Below are positions 46,624 to 55,202 of a stretch of DNA of 64,000 nucleotides, piece after piece (positions within the stretch are counted from its first letter, which is position 1; each line of letters begins with the position of its first letter). The notes under the pieces were generated by a model. The model made no database searches and was not told the origin of the DNA. It was given only the letters and a program-made list of their open reading frames with translations. The stretch lies in assembly GCA_022009775.1 (NCBI GenBank), contig CP091723.1:69345-133344 (forward strand), given 5' to 3'. Source of the DNA: Christensenella sp. GTDB lineage: Bacteria > Bacillota > Clostridia > Christensenellales > CAG-917. Made by a program: the position numbers and the translations under genes.

Positions 46624-47316
46624 TCAGTCAAAAACTTCAAAGTTTTCACCTTCAAGAAATTCGGGAATCTCTTCTTCGTCTTCTTGCTTGTCTGCTGCCG
46701 CTTGTCCCACGAGTGTTTCGTTCTCGAGTTCGTCTTCGTCCATAATCGTACGGTTGTGGAACAGCGTTTCCTGAGACGGCGTGTTGAGAATCATGAGATT
46801 TTCAAGCACTTCGTCGTAGTCGGGCAAATCTTCGATGTCGGATATCTGAAATTTCTTCAAAAACTCGTCCGTAGTGCCGTAAAGCAAAGGTCTGCCGACG
46901 GTATCCTTTCTTCCGACCGCTTCGATAAGACCTGCTTTCAAAAGCCCCGTAAGCGCATATTCCGCACTTGACTTATTGCCGCGCATCTGGTCGATTTCGA
47001 CACGCGTTATAGGCTGTTTATACGCAACGGTAGCCAAAACTTCGAGCAAATTTTTCGTGAGTTCTTTTTCTCTTAACGGCGTCAGCACGTCCGCAACGGT
47101 TTCGCCGTACTTCGGATTGGACATAAACTGCAATTTGCCGTTGAATTCGGCAAGCACGATACCCGAGTTTTCCGAGTATCTTTTCTGCAAAGATTTCACG
47201 ATAGAATTGAGTTTTTGCGTGGTAAGTTCAGGCACTTTTTCGCAAATGTCGCTCTTTTGTATGGGCGAGCCGCTTGCGAATATAATGGCTTCCACAACGT
47301 TTTCAATATTTTCCAT
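46624..47316 (-). CDS. scpB: segregation and condensation protein B
   Basis: VEAIIFASGSPI motif. GGAGG SD. Overlaps the scpA end. Confidence 0.9.
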   Translation of the reverse strand: MENIENVVEAIIFASGSPIQKSDICEKVPELTTQKLNSIVKSLQKRYSENSGIVLAEFNGKLQFMSNPKYGETVADVLTPLREKELTKNLLEVLATVAYKQPITRVEIDQMRGNKSSAEYALTGLLKAGLIEAVGRKDTVGRPLLYGTTDEFLKKFQISDIEDLPDYDEVLENLMILNTPSQETLFHNRTIMDEDELENETLVGQAAADKQEDEEEIPEFLEGENFEVFD

Positions 47317-48268
47317 CGTCACCCTCCTCAAATTCTATCGCTTCGTCGGTACCTTCAACCGCATAAAGCGTGATTTCACCGAAAACCACGTCTTGCTCCG
47401 CTCTCAATCTTCCGTATTTTAGCAATTCGAGCATGGCAAGGAACGTCGTGACGATGTCGCTCTTGTCATAATCGGGTTCAAACAAGTCGGTAAACTTCAT
47501 TTGCTTGCGCACGCCTATCATTAGACGGATATTTTCCATCTGTTCGTGAACGGAAAATCTGTCCTTGACGACTTTTTTAGGAATAATTTCCTGCGCATGT
47601 ATTGCGGCGTTGGCAAGAACGTGCGCAAAAGCGTCAACGAGTTTCGGAAGCGAGAAATTGACAAGTGCAACGCGGTAGTCCTTTTCCGAAAACACGGGCG
47701 CGCGATAAAAACGATTTATTGTTTCGAGTTCTCGCAATTTGTCGCTCTTTTCGGCAATCAAAGCGTACTCTTTTATCTTGTTGATAAGAAGTTGACGTTC
47801 AAATTCGGGATCGTCTTCGTCAATCTCTTCGTCATCCTTGGGAAGAGTGCGAATTGATTTCAGATACACGAGTTCTGCCGCCATCGTGATAAACTCGCCC
47901 GCATAATCGAAGTCTAGTTCTTCTTTCGGCGTGTTTTTGATGATTTCGACATACTGGCTCGTAACTTCAGAAATAAATATATCTTCGATGCGGATTTTCG
48001 CGTCTTTTATGAGTTGATAAAGCATCGGAATAGGCCCGTCGAAATCACTAAGGTGATATACGATTTCAGGTTTTGCAATGACAAAATCGCCGTCGATCGC
48101 TTCGGGATCAACGACTTCGGCACTCAATTTTTCCTGTCCGTCAACGGCTACGTTCGCTCCTTTCTCAACGCCCGATTGCGCAGAGTTCTCCGCGCTTGCG
48201 GCTTCGATAGCGGCACTGTCGTTTTCCGTTTCGGCAGTTATTTCGTTTTCGATAATTTCGTCAGTCAT
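47303..48268 (-). CDS. scpA: segregation and condensation protein A (with ~75-aa acidic N-terminal extension)
   Basis: FDGPIPMLYQLIKDAKIRIEDIFISEVTSQY kleisin N-domain. C-terminal winged helix. Confidence 0.85.
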   Translation of the reverse strand: MTDEIIENEITAETENDSAAIEAASAENSAQSGVEKGANVAVDGQEKLSAEVVDPEAIDGDFVIAKPEIVYHLSDFDGPIPMLYQLIKDAKIRIEDIFISEVTSQYVEIIKNTPKEELDFDYAGEFITMAAELVYLKSIRTLPKDDEEIDEDDPEFERQLLINKIKEYALIAEKSDKLRELETINRFYRAPVFSEKDYRVALVNFSLPKLVDAFAHVLANAAIHAQEIIPKKVVKDRFSVHEQMENIRLMIGVRKQMKFTDLFEPDYDKSDIVTTFLAMLELLKYGRLRAEQDVVFGEITLYAVEGTDEAIEFEEGDDGKY

Positions 48269-48329
48269 ATATAACCTTAATAAACGTATAGATATTAACA
48301 CGCGCACGCAAAAAAGTCAATAAAAATGA

Positions 48330-48356
48330 AAAGTCGGCAATTCTGCCGACTTTTCT
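48330..48356 (-). terminator. intrinsic terminator after DD-carboxypeptidase gene
   Basis: AAGTCGGCA/TGCCGACTT stem plus a T-run on the minus strand. Confidence 0.6.
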
Positions 48357-48426
48357 TAGTATTTCACGCCCTATGCAAAACGGTTTCCGTTGTTTCGTAC
48401 AACTTCGGGCAATTTGTCGATAATTA

Positions 48427-49629
48427 TTACTTCATCGTTGACCAATTTCTCGCAATGTCGAGTATTGCGTCGAAAAGGTTTCTCGATTGCACGTCTTCAA
48501 GAGATACGACGTTTACGCTGTCGATTTCAACGCCGTCTTTGAGAAGTCTTGCGACACCGACTTTGTCGCCTGCTTTGAGCGGTGCTTTGGCATCGGATAT
48601 TTCATATCTTACGTCGTATTTCGACTTGTCGTCAAGACCGACGAATTTCGTCAAATCTCTTTCTGCGGCAATGCTTACGCTAGATTGTTTTCCGCCCGTT
48701 ACGTTCGCTTCGAAATCGAGTTTTTCACCGCCTTTCAACATAACTTTGTTTGAGAAGTTTGCAAAAGCGTAATCGAACGACGCACTGATTGCGGCGTTAC
48801 GCACCTTAGAACTGTCCGCGCCGATTATGACCGAAATCACGCGCATATCGTTTCGTTTTGCCGTTGCGCAAAGGCAGAATTTCGCTTCGCTCGTAAAGCC
48901 CGTCTTTCCGCCGTCGCAGCCCTGATAAAACTTGACCAGTTTGTTGGTGTTGGTTATCGTAGTCGCTCTGCCGTCGGGATGCTTGTAGTCTTCGAGCCAG
49001 ACTTTCGAATAATCGAAATATTTGGGATGTTTGACGAGTTGAGAAAACATAATCGACACGTCTTTCGCACTCGAAAAACTTTCCGCCGCAGGAAGCCCCG
49101 TGCAATTTTTGAAAACGGTGTTTTCCATGCCGAGTTCGACTGCCCTTTCGTTCATTCTTGCAACGAACGCTTCAACGCTTCCCGAAATATGTTCGGCAAG
49201 CGCAACACAAGAGTCGTTTGCAGAAGCAACGATGACGGTTTTCAGCAAATCACCGACTTTGTGCGTGGTGTTTGCGTCCAAAAACACTTGCGAACCACCC
49301 ATACTTGCAGCCCTTTCACTCACGACTACGTCGTCGTCAAGGCTGATTTTGCCACTGTCGACGCTCTCAAAAGTCAAAAGCGAAGTCATAATTTTCACCA
49401 TACTCGCAATCGGAAGCCTTTCGTTTTCGTTTCTCGAATACAAAACCGTACCGGTTGCATAGTCCACCATGTATGCCGACTTGCCCACCGACTTGAAATC
49501 GGTTGCCGCATCACATACTTGCCTGTCGTTATGCACGCACGCAAATACGAACGCAAAAGCACATATCAGCACAAGCGCAAATATTGCGATATTCTGAATT
49601 TGAAATTTGAATTTTGTTTTCATATTCAC
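48427..49629 (-). CDS. D-alanyl-D-alanine carboxypeptidase (PBP5/DacF-like)
   Basis: Signal/TM, SMVK active site, SAN and KTGFT motifs, C-terminal PBP5 domain. Confidence 0.85.
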   Translation of the reverse strand: MNMKTKFKFQIQNIAIFALVLICAFAFVFACVHNDRQVCDAATDFKSVGKSAYMVDYATGTVLYSRNENERLPIASMVKIMTSLLTFESVDSGKISLDDDVVVSERAASMGGSQVFLDANTTHKVGDLLKTVIVASANDSCVALAEHISGSVEAFVARMNERAVELGMENTVFKNCTGLPAAESFSSAKDVSIMFSQLVKHPKYFDYSKVWLEDYKHPDGRATTITNTNKLVKFYQGCDGGKTGFTSEAKFCLCATAKRNDMRVISVIIGADSSKVRNAAISASFDYAFANFSNKVMLKGGEKLDFEANVTGGKQSSVSIAAERDLTKFVGLDDKSKYDVRYEISDAKAPLKAGDKVGVARLLKDGVEIDSVNVVSLEDVQSRNLFDAILDIARNWSTMK

Positions 49630-49717
49630 TCCGTTTTTCTTTAGCGTGCATTTATAAACGAAAAATATACGCCAAGCGCGTTTTGCAATGAAATTCCGAG
49701 AAAAAAACTCGATATTT

Positions 49718-50323
49718 TCAGTAAACAGAGACTATTATGACCCCGAAAATCGAACCGATTATCACAAACAAAACAAAAGAAATCGCTACGTTTATGGCAA
49801 ATATTTTAAGCGCGGTCAAAAACGACGGTTTTATTCCGCCACAGCACGAGCAATCGGGCATAAGCGACGACACCGAACAAACGATTAAGCAAACAAGCGT
49901 AATCAAGAAAAAAGGAAGATATATCACAAGAAGATTGATAAGTCCGAGTGTTTCGTATCTTGCAATCAATGCGCAAGAATATTCTCCGCACACAAAGCCA
50001 AGCGTTAAAAACGGCAAAAATATCAAAAATACGGTCTTGTTGTTCGTGCCTGCTATCAACACCACGAAATATCCGCCTAAAAGTGCCGTAAGAGTGATAA
50101 AAAACACCTTGAACGCGCCGAATTCCATATCCGCTCTCGCAACTCTTTCAAAATCGCCGTCGACAGAACGAACGCAGGCGACTACACCCGCAATAACGCC
50201 AACGATAAATGCCACGAGCGTACAAATAATCACCTTTTTGTTTTTTGAAAAATACGTTCTTAGCCAAGATATGACAGATTGCGTACGCATAGAACTCGCC
50301 ATACGAAAACATACGCCGATCAA
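49718..50323 (-). CDS. spoIIM: stage II sporulation protein M-like membrane protein
   Basis: About 200 aa, 5-6 TM, DUF95-like layout. Moderate recognition only. Confidence 0.5.
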   Translation of the reverse strand: MIGVCFRMASSMRTQSVISWLRTYFSKNKKVIICTLVAFIVGVIAGVVACVRSVDGDFERVARADMEFGAFKVFFITLTALLGGYFVVLIAGTNNKTVFLIFLPFLTLGFVCGEYSCALIARYETLGLINLLVIYLPFFLITLVCLIVCSVSSLMPDCSCCGGIKPSFLTALKIFAINVAISFVLFVIIGSIFGVIIVSVY

Positions 50324-50422
50324 ACGACATATATGACAAAATCAAGCAAAAATACAAATCAAACCGCCCTTTCCGTCAATTTGTCGCAAGTGGCGTCGTA
50401 TATAATGAAAGCCGTGAAAGAA

Positions 50423-50749
50423 ATGGAAACGAAAATCAAAAAATACCTTCTCGGTCTCGGATTTCAACCAAACCTGAAAGGATACAGACTACTCGCAAAA
50501 CTAATAGGATACGCGTTTGACGGCAAAGACGTATTGCCGCTGAAATACGCCGGTTATGCATGGCTTGCAAACGACTTCGGAGTTGATTCGGCAAGCGTCG
50601 AAAAGGACATTCAAAACGCAATATCCGCCGCTTGGCTTCGAGGAGACGTTGACACACTATATCGGGAATTCGGAGAAACCCTTGACGAAAACAAAGGTAA
50701 ACCGACAAACAAACAATTTGTTTTAACCGCACTTGAACGAATAAAATAG
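50423..50749 (+). CDS. stand-alone Spo0A C-terminal (DNA-binding) domain protein, no receiver domain
   Basis: LGFQPNLKGY..., SASVEKDIQNAISAAWLRGD and KGKPTNKQFVLTALE align with Spo0A IGVPAHIKGY / [20 protein letters not shown] / KPTNSEFIAMVAD. The start could be 50405 or 50423. Confidence 0.75.
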   Translation: METKIKKYLLGLGFQPNLKGYRLLAKLIGYAFDGKDVLPLKYAGYAWLANDFGVDSASVEKDIQNAISAAWLRGDVDTLYREFGETLDENKGKPTNKQFVLTALERIK

Positions 50750-50893
50750 GCGGTTAGAATAACGTTTTTTAGAATTATTATTAAAATGTCAAAGTTTTAC
50801 GCATATGTATATTTTGTAAAACCAACAAATCGGCGGTGCAAACGCACCGCCTTATATATACGCATTGCATCGAAACGCAATGCGGTTGTAGCG

Positions 50894-52087
50894 TCAAGCC
50901 GCAACATCGTTTACGTCGTCAATCACAAATCCGCTTTGCGTCGAAAGAGAGTTTGCATAATCGTACATAAAGCGCGAATGCACCGCATATCCCCTTGTCG
51001 GATCTTGCACGAACACGTGAGTTACCGCACCGATAAGAACACCGTTCTGCACGATAGGACTTCCGCTCATTCCCTGAACGATACCGCCCGTCTTTTCTAG
51101 AAGTTCTTTGTCTCTGACGCTGATAACCATTCCTTTTTCGCTTGCCTCGCTTTGAGATACTACTTTCACAATGTCAATATCATAAAATTTCGGTGTTGTA
51201 CCGTCTATTGTGGTCAAAACCTGTGCTTGTCCGACATTTGCTTCGCCTTTCAGCGCAATTCTGTACAAATCTCCGTCATATTCCGCATCGTATTTGCCGT
51301 ATAAACCTATATCGGTGTTTGACCGAATTTCTCCTATGCTTTTCGAGAGTCTGTTGACTTCTGCAACCAAACCGCCCGCCTTGCCTCGTTCGCCTTTGAT
51401 GACGCCTGTAACTTCCGCATTGAAAATGTCACCTTGGTCGAGACTGTATGACAAATTGCTGTCACCGTCCTGAATATGATGTCCCAAAGCCGCAAAATTG
51501 CCGTCCTTGGTGACAAACGTCAACGTTCCCACACCGCCAACGTCTTCTTTTAGCAACAATCCCAACTTATATTCTCCGTCCGTCTTTGATTTTACACCCT
51601 GTACGAGCAAGTTTTTTACACCGTCGTTTCTTTCGACGGTCAAAACGAACTTTCCGTTTTTAGAGTTTTTGAGAATGTTTTTAAGTTTATATATACTGTC
51701 AACGCTCTCGCCGTTTACTTTGGTCACAACGTCGCCTTTTTGTATATCCACGTCTTGACACGGTGAAAGTTCACCCGATTTTGTCGAAACCAAACTCTTT
51801 TCAACGACTATCAGACCGCCTGCGCCTATGCTTATGCCGATAGGTCTTCCGCCTATTTTTACGTACGCTTTATCGCCGGTGGCGCAAATTTTCAAATTCT
51901 CCGCAAAATCACGATTCACATCATTTTGCGATAGAATTAACGGCTTTGTATTCTCGTTTTTCTCGATATTTAGAATTGTTATATTGTTAATTAAAGCACA
52001 AAACGCACACAACATCATTATCGCGATTATCGCACGCAAAATCGTTTTTTGCACTTTGCAAAATCTTTCTTTGTCTTTCGTCTGCAT
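50894..52087 (-). CDS. spoIVB: SpoIVB signalling serine peptidase (S55)
   Basis: N-terminal TM, PDZ (GDVVTKVNGESV), catalytic GMSGSPIVQNG. The start is uncertain and has no clear SD. Confidence 0.85.
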   Translation of the reverse strand: MQTKDKERFCKVQKTILRAIIAIMMLCAFCALINNITILNIEKNENTKPLILSQNDVNRDFAENLKICATGDKAYVKIGGRPIGISIGAGGLIVVEKSLVSTKSGELSPCQDVDIQKGDVVTKVNGESVDSIYKLKNILKNSKNGKFVLTVERNDGVKNLLVQGVKSKTDGEYKLGLLLKEDVGGVGTLTFVTKDGNFAALGHHIQDGDSNLSYSLDQGDIFNAEVTGVIKGERGKAGGLVAEVNRLSKSIGEIRSNTDIGLYGKYDAEYDGDLYRIALKGEANVGQAQVLTTIDGTTPKFYDIDIVKVVSQSEASEKGMVISVRDKELLEKTGGIVQGMSGSPIVQNGVLIGAVTHVFVQDPTRGYAVHSRFMYDYANSLSTQSGFVIDDVNDVAA

Positions 52088-52260
52088 ACTTTTATCTTGT
52101 TCCAAAGAAAAACTTTTTCGCTTGTAAATTTTTGTAAAAAAACCACCCTGACACAAAATAATTAATAAAGAATAATTAACAATGAATAATTGCGACACGG
52201 GCACAAAAAGAATTATCGTTTCGCTTCCGCGAGATTGGCACGTTCTCGCTCGCAATGACA

Positions 52261-52585
52261 TAGTTTTTTTGGTTGCGCCCGAAACTAAAGTTTATTCAGG
52301 GCGTACTTATAGGCATTATGCGTTTATACAAAGCGTGGAGCCGCAAGGCGGCGACCGCATCGAATGCCGAGCTTGACGAAAAGTACAAGCGACTGTGCCA
52401 TGTTGTTGCGAAGCAGGCACACAAAGCGCAGTGGCATAATGAGTGAACAGTGCTTATTATGCGAGTGCTGAGTGTTGCCCCCTGCTGCGCAGTCGCCGTG
52501 GGTTCCCTTGTAAGGGGGAACGGCGATGGGGAAACAGATGACGAAGGGGGAAGTCGCATTAATGACACATATCGAAAACTCATGT
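52261..52585 (+). ncRNA. copy C of conserved structured non-coding element (inverted relative to A/B)
   Basis: The 5' motif TTTTGGTTGCGCCCGAAAC is shared with B. The core blocks GCCGAGCTTGAC, GTGGCATAAT and TGCGAGTGC are shared with A/B. G-U pairs and a GUAA loop occur only on the plus strand. Confidence 0.5.
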
Positions 52586-52587
52586 AA

Positions 52588-52708
52588 AAACGCACTAAAT
52601 AGATAAAGAACAAGGAAGAGCCACCAAACACAGATGGGAGCGTACTTTGTCGTACGTGACCGTATGTGTTGGTGGCTCTGACGCAGTTATTTGCTATTTA
52701 GTGCGTTT
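52588..52708. repeat. nested long inverted repeat (two 15-bp stems)
   Basis: AAACGCACTAAATAG (52588-52602) pairs with CTATTTAGTGCGTTT (52694-52708). The inner stem is GAGCCACCAAACACA / TGTGTTGGTGGCTC (about 52617-52680). The outer arm overlaps the stop codon of the 52698..54104 gene. Confidence 0.7.
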
Positions 52709-54104
52709 GAAGGATGTTGCGAGCCATATACACACCCATCACCGACGCCATCATAAGTCCGCGAGTCCAGCCGCTGCTGTCGCCGAGGCAATGGAGACCT
52801 TTGATTGATGTGTTGAGATGCTCGTCCATCTTGATTTTGTTGCTGTAGAATTTGAGTTCTGGGCTGTAAAGCAAGGTTTCGTAACCTGCAAATCCGGGGA
52901 CGACCTTGTCGACTGCCTGAATGAAGTTGATGATGTTGAGCATCGCTCTATACGGCATTGCGGCAGTTATATCGCCTGCAACGGCGTCTTTGAGAGTGGG
53001 ACGGACGTTTGAGAAGCCGAGTTCTCTTTGCCACGTACGCTTACCGCTCAAAATATCGCCGTAGCGTTGAACCATGATTTTGCCTGCGCCGAGCATATTG
53101 GTGAGTTCACCGACCTTTTGCGCGTACTCGATGGGCTGTTTGAAAGGTTCGGTGAACGAATGGGAGCAAAGAATTGCAAGATTCGTGTTGTCGCTCTTCT
53201 TTTCCTTGTAACTGTGTCCGTTGACGACCGCAAGGTCGTTGTCATAGTTTTCCTGCGACACGAAACCGCCGGGGTTTTGGCAGAAAATACGCACTTTGTT
53301 CTTGAACGGATCGGGATAGCCGACAAGTTTTGACTCATAAAGCACATCGTTGACTTCTTCCATAATCTCGTTGCGAACTTCGACACGAACGCCTATGTCT
53401 ACGACACCCGGTGCATGTGCGATATTGTGTTCCGCGCACATTTTTTCAAGCCAGTCCGCACCGCGTCTGCCCGTTGCGATGATGGTTTTGTCCGCGTAAA
53501 TCTCTTCCTGATTTTGTCCCTTGCTGTCTTCGATATACACGCCCTTGCAGGTGTCGCCGTCAAGAATGATGTTGTCGCATTGTCTGCCAAAGATAAGATC
53601 GACTCCGTTGTTTCTCAAATAATTCTCGATTGCAAGGTACAAATCATGCGCCTTTTCGGTGCCGAGATGGCGAATGGGGCAATCGACGAGTTTTAGACCT
53701 GCCTGAATCGCTTTGCGGCGGATATCCTTCACTTTATCTTCGTTGCCGAGACCTTCGATGTGTTCGTCCGCGCCGAATTCGAGATAAATGCCGTCCGTGT
53801 AATTAATGAGCGATTGAGCAAGTTCAGATCCGATGAGTTGCGGAAGTTCTCCGCCCACTTCGTACGAAAGCGACAATTTGCCGTCAGAAAACGCGCCTGC
53901 GCCCGAAAAACCCGTTGTGATATGGCAATACGGCTTGCAGTTGCGGCATTCTCCGCCAAAAGTCTTGGGACATACACGTTTTTCGACGGGTTGTCCTTTT
54001 TCGATGATGCACATTTTCTTTTTGCTTCCGTTGCGCAAAAGTTCAATTGCCGTAAAAATGCCCGCAGGGCCTGCTCCAACAATACAAATGTCGTATTTTT
54101 TCAT
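52698..54104 (-). CDS. FAD-dependent oxidoreductase (COG2509-like)
   Basis: IVGAGPAGIFTA dinucleotide fold. 468 aa. Confidence 0.8.
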   Translation of the reverse strand: MKKYDICIVGAGPAGIFTAIELLRNGSKKKMCIIEKGQPVEKRVCPKTFGGECRNCKPYCHITTGFSGAGAFSDGKLSLSYEVGGELPQLIGSELAQSLINYTDGIYLEFGADEHIEGLGNEDKVKDIRRKAIQAGLKLVDCPIRHLGTEKAHDLYLAIENYLRNNGVDLIFGRQCDNIILDGDTCKGVYIEDSKGQNQEEIYADKTIIATGRRGADWLEKMCAEHNIAHAPGVVDIGVRVEVRNEIMEEVNDVLYESKLVGYPDPFKNKVRIFCQNPGGFVSQENYDNDLAVVNGHSYKEKKSDNTNLAILCSHSFTEPFKQPIEYAQKVGELTNMLGAGKIMVQRYGDILSGKRTWQRELGFSNVRPTLKDAVAGDITAAMPYRAMLNIINFIQAVDKVVPGFAGYETLLYSPELKFYSNKIKMDEHLNTSIKGLHCLGDSSGWTRGLMMASVMGVYMARNILQTH

Positions 54105-54342
54105 ATTCTACCTTACTTTTCGGCTGTACGCCGACGTTATTGTCTTCTTATTTTTACAGTTGTCGTTTTGAGCGTAATTATTCGCGCGAATATTTGCACG
54201 CCCGCGACCTAGGCGATTATAAAGCCAAAACTCGTTTATGTCAACTTATTACGAATAAATAAAAAATTGTTTTTTCGCGCTTGTCGAATATTGTCAATTT
54301 TTGCCGCCGTACGCCATAAACTATAAAACGTGGAGAAATCGT

Positions 54343-55042
54343 ATGGCACTTGAAAGTTTGCTCGCACTGCTGAAAAATCTCGTTATATTCTCGTCTTACG
54401 TCTCCGAGAAAAGTTCCTTTCCGAAACCGCTCTCGAAAGAAAAAGAAAAGGAATATCTCGACAAATGCGCACTCGGTGACGAAGAAGCCAAAGAGATACT
54501 CGTAAAACACAATCTGCGACTTGTTGCACATATCGCAAAGAAATACTCGAACTACGGAGACAACGACGAGTTGATTTCGATAGGCTCTATCGGACTTATA
54601 AAAGCCATTGAGAGTTTCAATCATGAAAAAGGCACTGCCCTTGCAACTTACGCTTCGCGGTGCATAGAAAACGAAATACTCATGACTATGCGAACGAGCA
54701 AAAAACACCGCTCCAACGTCTCACTCCAACGAGCCTATCGGCGTGGATAAGGACGGAAACGAACTTGTGATAATGGATATGCTCTGCGACGACCACTCGG
54801 TCATCGAAGACGTTGAAAACAACATAATGATGGAAAAATTGCTCAATATAACGCGTTCGGTTCTTACGGACAGAGAATTTGAAATCGTGCGCTATCGCTA
54901 CGGATTGGGCGGCTACCCTGCGCTCACCCAGCGCGAAGTGGCAAAAAAATTCGATATATCTCGCTCATACGTTTCGAGAATAGAGAAAAAAGCCTTGGAA
55001 AAAATCAAGCAATCGGTAAACAAAGAAGACCTGCTAGGATAA
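54343..55042 (+). pseudogene. sigK: sporulation sigma factor SigK (pro-sigma K), single-base frameshift
   Basis: GGAGA SD. Pro-sequence MALESLLALLKNLVIFSSYVSEKSSFPKPL. Regions 2-4 are split between ORFs 54301..54750 and 54743..55042. There is an extra base near 54726-54730. Confidence 0.9.
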
Positions 55043-55113
55043 AAAACAATAGAACGCAAAATGTTAAAACGACTGATATAATGCAGCGTTTGACTATATC
55101 GTCGCATTGCGAA

Positions 55114-55145
55114 AGAAAAATCCGCATAAGTGCGGATTTTTCGTT
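55114..55145. terminator. bidirectional intrinsic terminator (sigK / mgtE)
   Basis: AAAAATCCGCA-TAAG-TGCGGATTTTT. Confidence 0.75.
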
Positions 55146-55202
55146 TCTTTTAAAATATCTTTTTTATTGCGGTTTTCGCATCTTTATTTTGCCATAATCG
55201 CT

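Noticed and set aside
52225-52262. Sigma-54-type promoter (TGGCAC) upstream of copies B (about 35836-35842, minus strand) and C (52234-52239).
   Set aside because: TGGCACG is present in both, but the -12 element TTGC at the required 5-nt spacing is missing (CGCT in C, AGAA in B). No confident promoter could be assigned.
54343-55042. A skin-like intervening element splitting sigK.
   Set aside because: The two sigK ORFs overlap by 8 nt and differ only by a one-base frame change. No inserted DNA or recombinase gene is present.
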